Notes: generated by a model not told the origin, from the sequence alone. DNA of 64,000 bases from Lama glama (GCA_028534125.1 CM052818.1:312001-376000), one strand, 5' to 3'; positions 28,193 through 41,979 are shown, counted from the stretch's first letter. Made by a program: numbers and translations.

Positions 28193-31100
28193 ATGTTCTC
28201 CCGAAACCACCGGAGCCGGGTCACCGTGGCCAGGGGCTCCGCCCTGGAGATGGAGTTCAAACGTGGCCGCTTCCGACTCAGCCTTTTCAGCGACCCTCCC
28301 GAGGTGAGAGACCCGCGTCCCTGCCTTCCCCTGCCCGGGCTCCAGCGGTCGGGCCGCCCGGGCCTCCCGCCCCTGCCCGCGCGCGCGGAGGGGCGGCGAC
28401 GCCGCGGGCCGGGTACGCACCAGCGGTTGTTGACTTAAAAAGTCGGGGCAGACCGTCTGCGCGTTACTCGGGCTGAGCCACCCGAGACGTTCCCTGGCCC
28501 AGTCAGGACGATTTGCCTCGGCCTGGAAAATCTCTGGGTTGGCTTCAATTTAAGGGGCTCTAGGCTCGATTCCTAAAATGTGCCTGGACCCCGGCCCCTC
28601 GGAGCAAAGAGTGGTGTGCAACTAGGCGGGCCCTAACAGCTCGTATTCCCGGCCTCCAGCCGCCTCCCACAACCTGTCTCAACCGTCTGGGACAGCCACT
28701 ATCACCAATCTCACCCAGGTCTGCCCGCTTTGCTGAAACCCTCCCTAACTGCTCCTCTGTGGCTAGGAGAGTCAGGAGGAAGAAGGGGAGGAGGTGTGTC
28801 CCTATTAACGATTTGGAATTATTTCCCACACTCAAACGTTCAGCCTCCTTTCCTGGGGCTTAAGAGAGGTCTAGCCTCTAGTCTGACAATTGGTTCCCCA
28901 GCCCAACACCCTACACGCTACCCAGGTCCGAGCCCCACCTGTAACTCCCTAAAAGGGCTGAAAGGTGTGGAGCTGAGCTAGGACTGAGAGGGCGAGTCTG
29001 CCCTCTCAGAAGACAGACTCTGAGGCTGTCGCCGTGGTCAGCTCTCCTTCCCTGCTGGGCCTGGAAATGGTTAAGTGAGGGGGCCTTCTTCCCTCCTCCC
29101 TGCCGGGATTCCAGGCCTGGCTTCTGCCCTTTTCCCCCCAGACTGCCCAGAACAAAGGCTCTTTCATACCCGTGTCCCAGTGTCCCGGGCCTTCTCTGAC
29201 TCAGAAGCCAGCGGACCTGGGGGAGAGAGCTTCCGTCACGCCGCGTGGGGCCAGCGTGGGGGCGGGAGGGGCAAGGCCCGGGGACCAGGAGGAGGGGCCT
29301 GCGGGCGGGGGCGCCCCGCCCCCGGGATAGGCCCGGCCTTTTGGGGGCCGTCGGGGAGGAGCCGGGGCGGAGCCACTGGGCCCCGGCTGAGAGGAGTGTG
29401 ACTCCGTGGGCCTGCGGGGAGGGGTGGGGGGCAAAGCTGCAGCTGGCTGGGAATCGGGGCTGGTTTCCTGTCTGGAAGGGAAGGGGCCCGCAGAGGGGAG
29501 AGGGGCAGCAGCAGCCAGGCACACCCCTGCCTTTCTCTCTCCCTCTCCTCCCTTCTGCTGGAAAAACGAGGTAATTGTGAGCCCGGGGTGGGGGGCGGTC
29601 TGGATGGGGGACCCAAGTTGGAAGAGGTGGCCCTAGGGGTGGGGCTACTCTTACCCCTCTGTCACACTCCCTGGGCTCACTCAAGTCCTCATCTCTTTCC
29701 CTCTTCTTCCTCAAACTAAGCCAGAGCCACTTTCAGAAGGCTCCAACCTCCTGGCAAACCCCACGGCCCTGTAGAACCTGCATGAAGTGTCCCCTCCCTG
29801 CCCCCTTCCAGTTGTGCCTGCCCCTCACACCCTGCAGCACACAGATTCTCTGTCCACTCGGCCAGGGATGTGGGCGGGGGCTGGGGAGGGGCCAGAGTCG
29901 GAATGAAAGGGCCCTTTTCTTCCACAGCTGGGGGAACAGCTGCCACCAAAGCAAGACTGGACACTCTGTGCCCAGAACCCCCTCTGCAGCTGGCCTGCCC
30001 TCTCGGGACCCTGCTCATCCTCACCCCATTTTCCTCTCCTCCCATGCCTGGCTCCCACCAGGGCCCTGGAACAGCGGGTAGGCAAGGGAAGTTTGTCACA
30101 GCAGCCAGAAGGGTCCAACAGGAGTGCACGGAGGACAGGGGCTGCCTCTGCCCTCTGCCCAAGAACTACCCACCTCTTTCAAGACAAGGGGAGCAGCAAG
30201 AGAAGGAATTGTGGGGCAGCGTGGAGCTTGCTCGCTTCACTCCTCTGGAGGGGTCAACAAGGGAAGGGGCACCAGGGGGCAGAGAGATGCAGGACAGATT
30301 GCACATCCTGGAGGACCTGAATATGCTCTACATCCGGCAGATGGCGCTCAGCCTGGAGGTAACGCCCCCACCCCTGGAGTGCACCTCCTTCACAGCGCCC
30401 AGCCCCAGTCTCTGCTCTGCCCATTCCTGCTGGGCTAATCCGGGAGAGTGGGGTCTGCTGAAAGTGGGAAGATGGGCAGGTGGTTCTGTATACCGTTCGT
30501 TGGGTGCTATGTGTAGACCCAGGCTCAGTTCTGCCAATTAGAGTATCACGTTGGCAACAGGGTCTTCACACCAATTTCTGGAAGCCTTGTGGGTGGGTGT
30601 GGACGTGTGTTCTGGGGCTAAGGGCTCCTTTTAGGTATGGGAAGAACAGAGGTGTTCAATATGAGAGAGGCTGGCAGGAAGGTGATGGCCTTACTAGAAA
30701 AGGGGAAGAGGACTCTGGGGCAGGATATAAGGATTCTGTGGCCCTGAAGATGGCAGGGCACTGTTTATCCATTTATTTATTCATTATCACATTTACTGAA
30801 CACCTACTATATGCCAGGCTCCTTTCTAGATCTTGGGATACCTCAGTGACCAAAACAGGAAAGGTCCATTCTACTGACGGAACAGATAATAAACATGCAA
30901 ACACACAAATTATCCCACACAGTGGCATGATGATGAAAACCGGGTGGCGGTGTACTAAACATCAGGTAGGGGAGGCAGCATTAGATGCAGGGGTCAGGGA
31001 AGGCCTCTGCGAGATCTTTGAGCTGTGACCAGAAACATACAAAGATGTGTGAAGGTCGGAGGAAGGGCTTTCCAGCAGAGGGCATAGCAAGGGTAAAGGC

Positions 31101-34100
31101 CCTTATGTAAGAATGACGGTGATACGTTTGGGGAAGAAAGAGAGCCAGTGTGGCTGGAACATAATAGTTGGGATTGAGCTGATGGGCAGGGGCCAGATTA
31201 TACAGGGCTTTGAAGGCCAATGCAAGGCACTTAGATTTTACTCTAAATGGGATGTTGGCCCATGGAAGGGTTTTAAGCAGGGAGACGACTCATCTAATGT
31301 TTTTAAATGATGGCTGCTGTGTTTTAAATGAATAGGCTAGGCAGGGGTGGGGCGTGGAAGAAGGAAGGGTTGGCAAGGGGGGTAGCAGAAGACCTCCAGC
31401 TGGGAGGTTGTTACAGCCTTGGGGGAGTGAACCTGGTGGTGTGAATTAAATGCTGATGGTGGAGGGAGGGAGAAGGGGGTGGGTTTCAGAAGATGGCGGT
31501 AGATCTGATAGGGCTTGCTGATGGACTGGATGTGCGGAGTACAGCAGAGAGAGGACTCCAGGATGTTTTCCCCCGACTTGTGACTATGCAACTGGGCAGT
31601 GTGGTCATTTACTGAGATGGGGAAAATAGAAGGAGCTGTGGAAGTGACCGCCTGGACCAGGCAGGGACTTGCTGCTGAGGGAGGTCAGAGGCAGGACAAT
31701 AGAGTCTAGCTCAAAAAGGCAATTTATTGCTTGTGTTGCTCCCCCAACCCCATCCCTACTTCTTAGATCATGGCAGACATTACTAGTCAATCATGGCACT
31801 CTTCACCAACAAACCCACACATGGCCTCAGAATCTTTCTTCACACAACTTTGGCATACATTATGCAGGTTGTGTCCTTCACAAGGGCACTGGGCAGTGGC
31901 ATTAGTCCTGGCCTGGTTTTGGGCTGTGTGATGGGGGGGGGCCTTTATCTAATTTGTTTGCCTGGAGAAGATCATCTTTTTCTAAAATTTAGAAAGGTGC
32001 CCAACAAGCACCCTGGAACTCTGACACTACCTGTTTTCCTGGGCTGGTACATGGGATCAAACCTATTTGCCAGCCCTAGTCCTCCGTACCGCCCATGTTA
32101 CTAGTTACATGAGGCTATTTAAATTCAAAATGAAGTTAATTGAAATAAAATAAAAAATTTAGTTCTTTCATTACTCTAGCCACATTTCAAGTGCTAGATG
32201 GCTACTGAACATTTTCATCATCGCAGACCTTATTGGACATGGATGGTCTAGGTATTTAAATGTTTAATTTGGCATCCCTTCCCCTCCATGTAAGTTTTCT
32301 TCATAGGAGCTCTGCCCAAGTTCTGGGACAGAAGAGGGAGCTTAGATTTTACTTTGGTCATCTCTTGTTCAGCCATGGGTTGGCTAAGGGCGCTTCGTTC
32401 CTTCTCCATGAAGCTGAGCAGTTCCCCAACTCCCATCCTCCTGGTGTTTCTGGGATTAGCAAGAGAGGTAGTCATGGAAGTGTAAACACAAGACTTTCTG
32501 GAGGAGAACACTTAAGCTCTCCCTAAGTAAAGGGGAGGTGGGAGTGCTGGGCCCAGGTAGAGGTCAGACTTTCCCATTTTAATCCTCAAACAGTGATATG
32601 AAGGACATGGAATACCCCGAAATTTACCAACTGAGATCTCCAGAGGTTAAGTTCTCACAGCTAGTCAAGTTCATAAGCCAGGATTTGAAATTAGCCCTGG
32701 GGGAGATTCTAAAGGGAACAGGAGGTGGTGGGAAGCAGAGCAGGAAGTCAGAGATAGAAGCGAGTGGGAGGGACTGGAAAGGATGTGCACGAGGGCCTAA
32801 TGTGCACTGGGCCTTCTGCCATGACTCATCCTCCTTCAGCCCCTTGGGCCCTGACCCAGGTCCCACTGACATCCAGCTGAGGGCTCTTTCCCAGGAGAGT
32901 GTGGTGGCAGTACTGCCTGCCGGGGCGGGGGGGGGGGGTGACATGGAGCTATCCCTGAGGGAGGGAGATGGGGCGAAGCTCAGGCATACGGAGCCCGCTT
33001 CAGTATTTCAGAGATGATCAGCCCGAAGGGTGAGATTTCCTGATGCTCTCACCATCAGGCCCTGGGAGAGTGGATTCGAATGGAAGGGCAGTGGTGGGGG
33101 TATGGTAGCCGGGGTAGTGTCTGGGCCCCCAGTCCGGCTCTTCCTGGCTGGTCACAGCGACTTCTCTGCAGCTCCAGTTAATTCCAGATTAGACAGCGTC
33201 CCCCTCCCGCATGCTCCCAGGCAAGGAGTCACCTGGGAGGGCAACTGCAGCGTGGTCGGGCCTCCTGGCCTCCGGCACCTCCGCGGCCTGCAGCCCTTTC
33301 CTGGGCGAGGCCGGTGCTCCTGGAGGTACCTTCCCATCTCGACTGGGTCTCTGTGGTAGCGCCACCCGGAGCTTAGCCCAGCCGGGACCGCAGGAGCGCC
33401 GGCGCCCCGGGGCCCCCGGGCCGCTCTCGCGGCAGTTGGGAGCTGACGTCACCGCCGCCGCGGGCGGGGGCGGGGTGGCTCCTCTGGCCGGTGCACAGCC
33501 CGCACTGGCGCCGCACTGGCGCCGCACAGGCAATGGCCAGGGCTAGGGAAGAATCCGTGAGTGCTGGGGCCGGGACCAAGAGGCTAGTCAGGAGGGGGCC
33601 TCGGGGTGCTGCTCTGCTGCAACCCCCTCAGCTGTTTGGGGTGTTTGTGTAGAAGCTGGATGCAGAATGGGATGAGGGGTGGCAAGCAGCAAAGCGCAGC
33701 AGAAGTGGGACGCTGCTGCAGGCGGACTTAGTGGGGGTGGGGGCATTTGCGTAGTCTGAGGGCTTCCTGGGGGAGGGGGCATTGGGACCGGGTTGGTCTA
33801 TTTCTAAAGGGTGAGGAAGGGAAAGGTAGATGGTGAGGGTGATGAGAGTCTGGCTTAGCCCAAGTAGGGAAGGGAGAATCTGCAGGGATGCTGGAAAAGG
33901 CAATTCCTGGAAGCAGGAACTTAGGGTGCTCACGGCTTGGAGATTTGAAGGCTGGGGCCACCAGGGGCAGAAGCAAGGGCACAGAATGTGGGAGAGCTGG
34001 TGTGAGGGGGAAGATGGATTTTGGTTTGGGGCAGTCACATTCGCCCTCCTCTTTCAACCCGGTGGCTCCACTTGGCTTGTCTGATTTGTACACTGTAAGG

Positions 34101-37100
34101 GGGTTAGTCTTTCACCTCCTTTCTGAAGCCTTCCCGTTCACCTCAGCTAGAAGCAAATAGGGTCTGTTTCCTGTGAGCGTGTTTGTGCCATGACATGGCA
34201 CTTATGGAGCAGCCATTAATGTCTGCACCTCTCACCTCCCAGCCGATTTCGAACGTGGAGCTTTGCACAGCAGAGAGATGCTCCAGTGTTTGTTGGGTGA
34301 ATGCTACTGGAGCCAAAGTAGCGTCATTGAAATAAGCACCCCTACCATTCATGTAGATCAGATGCTGGGCATTGTGCTCAAAGCCTGCTCAGCCCCTCAC
34401 TGCTGACCTCCTGCTTCACCTGCCTTCCCATCCCGACTCCTGGCCTCTGTCCTCACCTCCCAAACTCAGAGGGCCAGCAGGTGGCAGATTCCCAAATCTG
34501 GGGTGTGTAGAGTGCGTCCTTGTGCAGCATGGGTGAGCACTGCAGGCGGTTGCGCCTTCTCCGCTGACCCCTTGCCAACTAGATGTCCTCTCTCATCACT
34601 TGAGCCTTTGGGGTGGCCCAGCATGGCCTTTACTATCTGTGGCCATTCCCTTTAGGTGGTGGTTCCAGCCCGGGCTGTACCTCAGAGTCACGTGGGAAAT
34701 TTTCCCAAAAATGCACTTAGAGATTCTCATTTTGCTGATCTGAGGTGGGGCCTGGTGATTTTTTTTTTAACTCAGATTTAAGTTTTTAAAAGGTAACAAT
34801 TTCTAATAGTACAATAATAAAGAAGGGTATTTATAAAGTATCATAAATCAGTTTATCATTTCTGGCTCCCGGCCCCACAACCACTATTTTATGCATATCT
34901 ACTGATATGGATATGCATGTATAGATATCCTGCACAAATGGCAGCATGCTATATTGTTCTACTTTTTTTTACTCATTTCATATATTTTGAAGATGATTTA
35001 AGTTTTGCACACATGTCTACCTTAGTTTTTAATGTCCGGAATATTCCACATATCATGGTTTAGATGTGCTGAGACTTATTGAACCAATGCCTTGTTGAAG
35101 GACTTATAATCTTGGTGTTTTGAAATGATGCAATGAACATGGCTCTGCCCACATGTGTGATGATAACCTGTGGGATAAACTCCTGGATATTGGATAGCTG
35201 GATCAGAGGATATGTGAATTTGGAGTTTTTACAGATTTTTTCAAATTACGCTCAAATGAGGCTGTTGAAATGTTTACTCCCAGAGGGCACCTGTGGTTTT
35301 ACAAAGCTTCTCTGGTAATTGTTGGGCAGCTGAGATCGAGACGCAACCCTTGTCCCTTAGTCGCCTGGGACGTAAGTTTTTTCTTGTCAGTTTCTCAGGG
35401 CCTACAGCCCACGTGGAGATGGGAGGGTGCTTTGGCCTGTCTGTCCTCTGACTGCCATTTCCTCTTACTGGCCAGGACACAGAGTTGCAGAGGAAGCTAG
35501 ACCATGAGATCCGGATGAGGGAAGGGGCCTGTAAGCTGCTGGCGGCCTGCTCCCAGCGAGAGCAGGCTCTGGAGGCCACCAAGAGCCTGCTGGTGTGCAA
35601 CAGCCGCGTCCTGAGCTACATGGGCGAGCTGCAGCGGCGCAAGGAGGCGCAGGTGCTGGGAAAGACAGGCCGGCGGTGAGCACGGGGCGGGGGCAAGACT
35701 TTGTGGGGGACAGCGGGGCGGCATGTGTGCACATGGAGTATGGCCCACCCTGAGGCCGATGTCCTCGTGAAGACTTTTCAGAAGTCACCTTGGTGTTTTA
35801 CCACCACAGTGTGCTGCCCAGAGGGCCACCAGTGAATTTCTGGGGCTGGGCTCAGGGGAGCCAGTGTATCTGGTAAAAGGCTGGTGGTATTTCTGAGGGG
35901 CAGTAATGCAAACGCCCTCATTTGCTAAGCCCTGCCTGTGATCTGAGGACGCCGGCTGGCTGGCTTCTGGAAAGCTGATTTCCTCAAAGCCAGTTCACCA
36001 AGTGGCCAGTTTACCTAACTGACAATAAATAGTTCATTGTAGCTGGGATTCACCTCATCACAGAGATGAGGCAGGGACTGGGAAGGGAAATAATGGGGGA
36101 AAAATTAAGGGAATGCCTACCTATTCACATAAACTAAATTGTATATTCGAAAGGACTCAACTCGCAGCCTACACTGACATTAGATGCTGCTGATCTAACA
36201 AATCTGCAGTGAAATCTGCTCTCGTAAATCTAAAACATAGGAGAAAATATTTGGCAAATTGATCACTCTGAGAGCTGGCCATTTTTGGTAAATTGCTCTT
36301 TCGGAAAACTGGCTTCTGGCAAAGTAGCCTGCTTGACCCCACAAAGCTGAGTGGGAGAAAGTCCTGGCCCCGCAATGACATGGTGTCCATCCCAGCTCAG
36401 CACACAGGGGAGGCTGCCAGGAGCCCTCCAGAGCTCACCCATGAAGACACCAGGGGAAGGCAGAAAACCTCCTGTGGCTGCTCTGTCACATTAGAGAAAG
36501 GGCAGGCAGGCACGGGGACAGTTTGAACCGAAAGTTTGCTGTTTCCTGAGAGGCAGCCATTGACAGGCTCTGCCCTGCCCAAGTCCCCACACGGCCCATA
36601 CAGCGTGACCTGAGCTATACCTCGAGTCCCTGGCAGCTAAACACATTGCCATCAGTGCCAAATCGTTTAGCTTAAGGCTGTACTAAGTCACTTATTTCAT
36701 ATAATGAAGTACGAATTAATACAGTTCCTTAGGAGAGGAACACGTGCCTGGTGAGTCTGATGGGCGGGGGGAGGAAGGTTGGGTGCCCCCCTGCAGTGGG
36801 GGGGTGTCTAGGGAACTTGGGACACTGGGAAGGCTCAGCCCACCCAGCCAGGAGGGTAAAGGAGGAGGCAAGACTGAGAGGGGGGATGGAGAGAGGTTTG
36901 TGGCAAATGGAACACAAATGCACCCTCCTTGGGATCTTGGTTTTCAGACTGACCCAGTACCTTTCTTTGTCAAAGTGATGAGATGGTGAAGACAGGCAGC
37001 CTCCTTTGTTGCTAAAAGGAAAGCCTGCAAACTCCAAGCCTGGGGGTTAATGGAGAAGAGTCCTTGAAAGGGAGTCTCTCTGTGGGCACCGTCCCCTCCA

Positions 37101-40100
37101 GCCCCACCTGCCCCTGGCAGAGGTCTGGGGAGGTGGTCAGGGAGGGAGCCTGGGGGCGGCTGCCTGAGTGTGTGGGGTGTGTGTGTGCTGAGTCCCTCTT
37201 GCATTCCCCAGCCCAGCAACCTCCGGGCTGCTGACAGCTCTCCCTGACAGTCCCTCAGCCCTTGCCATGTCAGCCTGTCTGGGACCTGGTGGCTGGGTCC
37301 TGGACCTGGGAGGGTTCCCAGAGCCCTTGGGGACCAGAGCCAGGAGGAATAATGTCTAGAGGCCAGGGTAGGATTTGTGATTTGCCCACAGGCCTTCTGA
37401 CAGTGGGCCACCCGCTGAGCGCTCCCCCTGCCGTGGCCGGGTCTGCATCTCTGGTAAGCAGCACAGCCACCCCAGCTGTTGGCGCTCCTTGCCCGACAAG
37501 ATGTCCTGCCCCATCACAACATCTATCCCTGCCTCTGCCCCTTAGACCTCCGGATTCCACTCATGTGGAAGGACACAGAGTATTTCAAGAACAAAGGCGG
37601 TGAGTCCCACACATGCTAGGACAAATTTAAGGGAGTACCCTGAGATTGAAGGCCCCTGTGGGGCACACCTTTACCAGTTTTGCCCTCTGTCCCCAGACCT
37701 GCACCGCTGGGCTGTGTTCCTGCTGCTGCAGCTGGGGGAGGACATTCAGGACACAGAGATGGTCCTGGTGGACAGGACCCTCGCAGACATCTCCTTTCAG
37801 AACAACGTGCTTTTGTGAGTTCCTCATCCCTTGTGGCTCCCTCCTTTCTCCACTCAGGAGACCAGGTAGCTACGGGGGAAGGGAGGGAGAGGAGAGGGAG
37901 GCGGGGAGATGGGCCGTCCCAGAGGAGCTGTCCTGTGCTTGCACCACAGCCATCCTCCAGCCCCAGTGCTCCTCACCCAGACATCCCCAGGACCATTCTT
38001 TCTTCCTCCCACACTCCTATAGTGCCGAGGCAGGGCCAGACTTTGAACTGCGGCTGGAGCTGTATGGGGCCTGCGTGGAAGAGGAGGGGGCCCTGGCTGG
38101 AGCCCCCAAGAGGCTTGCCACCAAACTCAGCAGCTCCCTGGGCCGTTCCTCGGGGAGGCGTGTTCGGGCATCGCTGGAGAGTGCTGGGGGCTCAGGGAGC
38201 AGTCCCATCCTGCTCCCCACACCGACTGCGCGGTACGGCCCGACAATCCCCCACTGCTCTCAGCTGGCCACAGGTGGCCTCTGAGCTACGCTGAGCACGC
38301 AGAGCCTGTTTTGCACTGCTGCCAGGACATGCAGACAGATGTGAATGAATGAGCAGTGGCCACATAGCTGGGAAGTACTCTGGCCTGGGCTCAGTCCTGC
38401 AGGGCTGGGCCCAAGCTAACTGAGAATGCAGGGGGAGCGAGGCCCTGGGCTGCTCACTATTTTGAAGCAGCAGATACATTTGTGTCGATAGGACAGGGCT
38501 CCCCTGGTTGCAGCAGGGTAGCCTGGGTCCTGTGGTGTTGCCTGCAGGCACCTGCAGGCACCGAGTAGAATCACTGGGCCTTGGAGGAGCAGTTTGAGAA
38601 CCTTCGGGGTAACGAACAGAAGGCTGGTTTGGGATACAGACATACAATCAAATTCCAATCCCATCACCTAAGCTCTATTTAAGGGCAGATTTCTTAACTT
38701 TATTAAGCCTCAAGCGGCCTCATCTATTCATTAAAGAATGCTACCTCACAGGGCTGTCGTGGGAATACAGTGCGATAACATACTTAAAGCACAGGGTCCG
38801 GCACTTAGCAGGGGTGCAGTAAATGTTTGTTCCAACCCCTGTGGGGGAAGCAATCTGGTTTTCTGTAGGGCAGCCTGAACCATGGAGGCCCTTAAAGCTC
38901 CTGCCGTCCACGCCCTTCACTTGACTGCTGCCCACTTCTCTGTCCGGCAGAGGTCCTCGTTACCACCTCTTGGCTCATACCACCCTCACCCTGGCAGCGG
39001 TGCAAGATGGGTTCCGCACCCATGACCTCACCCTCGCCAGCCATGGTGAGTACGTGTGTACGTGGGGGATGCCAGATGGTGAGAAGAGGGGCTGTTGGAT
39101 GGTCTCCTTCACCCTCCCCACCCTCATCCTGCACTTCCTCCTCCCCTAGAGGAGAACCCCGCCTGGCTGCCCCTTTATGGTAGCGTGTGTTGCCGCCTGG
39201 TGGCTCAGCCTCTCTGCATGATTCAGCCTACTGCAAGTGGTCCCCTCAGGGTGCAGGTGAGGGACCCTGAGGAGTGGAAGGGAACAGGGAGAAGGCAGAG
39301 CAGCCTTGAATCACCTAGGGATCCAAGGACTATTGAAAAAGCAAGATCTGGGTGGAGGGGGGAGAGGCATGGCCAGAAGAGGGGAGGGTCAGGCAGGAGA
39401 GTGGGCAGAAAGGAGCCGTTTCTCTCTGAGGGGCTGGGAAGGAGGGTGATGAGGGGGGTTGTGATTCCCCTGGGAAACCTTGAGTCATTTACGCAGCAAG
39501 CGGGGGAGCTGCAGGACTGGATGCGAGTACACGGAATCCTGAAAGGAACAAACCTCTTGTGTTACCGGCAACCTGAAGACGGAGATGCTGGGGAAGAGCC
39601 GCTGTTTACTATTGTCATCAACAAGGTGAGGAGTCCCTGGTGGTGAAGCCAGCAGGTGCCAGGGTTCGGGAGCCTGTCAGACCCCAGGAGGGTAGGCACA
39701 GACCTCAGAGAGATCAAAGCTAGCCTCCTGCTCCTAAATCACCACCCCCAGCTTCTGGGCCAGGGCTGCTGAGGGGACCATGTTCTCCCCAGCCAGCATC
39801 ACTGGAAAAAGACTGTCCCTTCTACTCACCAGCCTCACCTCTGCCAAGTCTCAGAGAGAGTTCCATGGCCCGCCTAGGACTTTTCATCCACCTTCCATCT
39901 TTCCCCTCAGGTTCCAATCTGCATCTCCTACACCCTTTCCTGGATTTTTCTCCCAACCCAAGTCCAAGGACCCTCTTTGTTACCTAGCCCTTTTCCTGGT
40001 GTCCCTGCTGACTTTTATGGAAGTGTCAAAAAACCTCAGGCCTCAGCGTTCCTGCCTGCCTCCATGCCTTCCCTGCCTTGCTCAGTCTCTTTCCCTGTCT

Positions 40101-40651
40101 CCATCTGCTCCCCTTTCCCTAAGGACCACCTGTCTCATCCCCATCCTTTCCTGCCATTCCTTCCCATTCTGAAAACCCCACAAGCTCCTCCTTCTAAGGC
40201 AGGGATGACCAAGCCTGCCTGATGTCACTGCTAACTTCTGTGACTGAGGTGGAGGTGGAAGCAGGCCCCATCTTTCTTCTGCAGGAGACTCGAGTCCGGG
40301 CAGGGGAGCTGGACGAGGCAGCAGGCCGGCCCCCGACCCTGACCATCACTAACCAGTGTGGGGAGGCCGAGGTGACGCACACCCTTCAGGCAGAGAGTCG
40401 GGGAGCCCTGCAAAGCTGGATGGAGGCTCTGTGGCAGCTTTTCTTTGACATGAGTAAGAGAAGGGGGCTGGATTGAATCCTTTGGGAGGGATTGGAGCTT
40501 GTTCTTTTTACTGAAGGCCTCTATTTCAAGAATGTGTGGAAGGGAATGTAGCAGGGGGAGGGGAGCCTGGCCCTCTCACAGTCCTGCCCTACCCACCACA
40601 ATCAGTGCTCTCCCTTCAGGTCAGTGGAGGCAGTGCTGTGATGAAATAATG
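28193..40651 (+). CDS. RTKN: Rhotekin, 3'-truncated by an assembly gap (exons 28193-28303, 35476-35675, 37392-37453, 37546-37599, 37697-37814, 38023-38232, 38951-39045, 39150-39256, 39497-39625, 40285-40453, 40620-40651 partial)
   Basis: MFSRNHRSRVTVARGSALEMEFKRGRFRLSLFSDPPE|DTELQRKLDHEIRMREGACKLLAACSQREQALEATKSLLVCNSR (HR1 Rho-binding domain), anillin-homology region DLRIPLMWKDTEYFKNKG, then a PH domain. All junctions are GT-AG and in phase. Confidence 0.95.
30287..30358 (+). CDS. RTKN: RTKN alternative first coding exon (MQDRLHILEDLNMLYIRQMALSLE)
   Basis: 24 codons ending in a phase-0 donor GAG|gtaacg, compatible with exon 2. It matches the alternative rhotekin N-terminus as I recall it. 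Confidence 0.85.
30770..31640 (-). mobile_element. L2 LINE fragment in RTKN intron 1
   Basis: 'atttatttattcatt..catttactgaacacctactatatgccagg' and 'ccatggaagggttttaagcaggg' are typical of the L2 3' region. Confidence 0.7.
33250..33560 (+). promoter_or_regulatory. Intronic CpG island in RTKN, candidate alternative promoter
   Basis: Local CpG enrichment, a perfect CRE TGACGTCA at 33444-33451, GC boxes, and a downstream donor |gtgagt at 33557. Confidence 0.6.
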
Positions 40652-41151
40652 NNNNNNNNNNNNNNNNNNNNNNNNNNNNNNNNNNNNNNNNNNNNNNNNN
40701 NNNNNNNNNNNNNNNNNNNNNNNNNNNNNNNNNNNNNNNNNNNNNNNNNNNNNNNNNNNNNNNNNNNNNNNNNNNNNNNNNNNNNNNNNNNNNNNNNNNN
40801 NNNNNNNNNNNNNNNNNNNNNNNNNNNNNNNNNNNNNNNNNNNNNNNNNNNNNNNNNNNNNNNNNNNNNNNNNNNNNNNNNNNNNNNNNNNNNNNNNNNN
40901 NNNNNNNNNNNNNNNNNNNNNNNNNNNNNNNNNNNNNNNNNNNNNNNNNNNNNNNNNNNNNNNNNNNNNNNNNNNNNNNNNNNNNNNNNNNNNNNNNNNN
41001 NNNNNNNNNNNNNNNNNNNNNNNNNNNNNNNNNNNNNNNNNNNNNNNNNNNNNNNNNNNNNNNNNNNNNNNNNNNNNNNNNNNNNNNNNNNNNNNNNNNN
41101 NNNNNNNNNNNNNNNNNNNNNNNNNNNNNNNNNNNNNNNNNNNNNNNNNNN
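40652..41151. other. Assembly gap (500 N)
   Basis: Exactly 500 Ns interrupting RTKN exon 11. Confidence 0.99.
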
Positions 41152-41459
41152 TGCTTCAATCAAAATGAATTAAAAATGAATTATACTTTCTAATTCTGTA
41201 AAGCCAAGAAGTACATACTTGAAAAGTGAGCGTATTATTTTTGATCATTTTTCTTTGCAAAATAAAGGAAAAAATAAGTTACTGCATTTAGTTGAAGAGG
41301 AAAACCTCTGCTTCCTGTAGCAGAACGAAATAATGAATGAGTTCAGTGCGTTGATGTTAAGTCTAATACTCATCTGTAGTCATTGGCAAGAATTTTGAAA
41401 TAAATTTAAAGAAAATCTTTAAAAATGTTGAAAATTTTGTCCCCCCCAACCTTTAGCAG

Positions 41460-41681
41460 GTATATGCTTGGTGTGACAGTGACCATGGCCAACAGGGCCG
41501 TGGTACGACCACAGTTAATAGAAAGCCCACACTCAAGGCTTAGAAGGCCAGATCACACGAGTGGCCTGTGGGTCTTCGCACAGTGTGGCGTGGATGATGG
41601 TGGATGTGGCAACACCCTCTGTCCACGATCCCCCCATCCTCTTCCAGACTGCAAGGGACCCCTTAGATGCTTCCTTTTTAG
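41460..41681 (+). pseudogene. HERC2: HERC2-like exon A (last RCC1 repeat of RLD2), frameshifted
   Basis: cag|GTATATGCTTGG...TTTTTAG|gtaac. The frame changes at about 41534 (apparent 4-nt deletion), giving TAG at 41541-41543. Confidence 0.88.
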
Positions 41682-41979
41682 GTAACACAGATCTGTGTTT
41701 TATATGAGACCCTTCCGTACGCTGCACCGGTGTCACAGATAGAACATTTAACAGCACTTCCAAGTTAGAGGCTTTAGCACTGTGTGAGCTGCAGGGTGAA
41801 CCAAAGCCACAGACTCGTCATGGTGCACTGTACTGGGATTCCTGCTGGGGTGAAAACTCGAGAAGGAGCTAGAATGCGGGTTCTTGTATTATGATCAGGC
41901 AGGCTCTGGCCATACTGTGCACCTTTGCCAACTGCTTAGTGTAGGCACCGTGCTGGGCTGCTTCGTGTTTTCAGCAGGT

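Noticed and set aside
27721..29714. 251-aa and 267-aa Pro/Arg/Gly-rich ORFs around the RTKN promoters
   Set aside because: Low-complexity products of stop-poor CpG islands with no recognisable domain.
40499..41173. Long ORFs spanning gap 1 (and 56788-57498 spanning gap 2)
   Set aside because: Artefacts of translating N runs.
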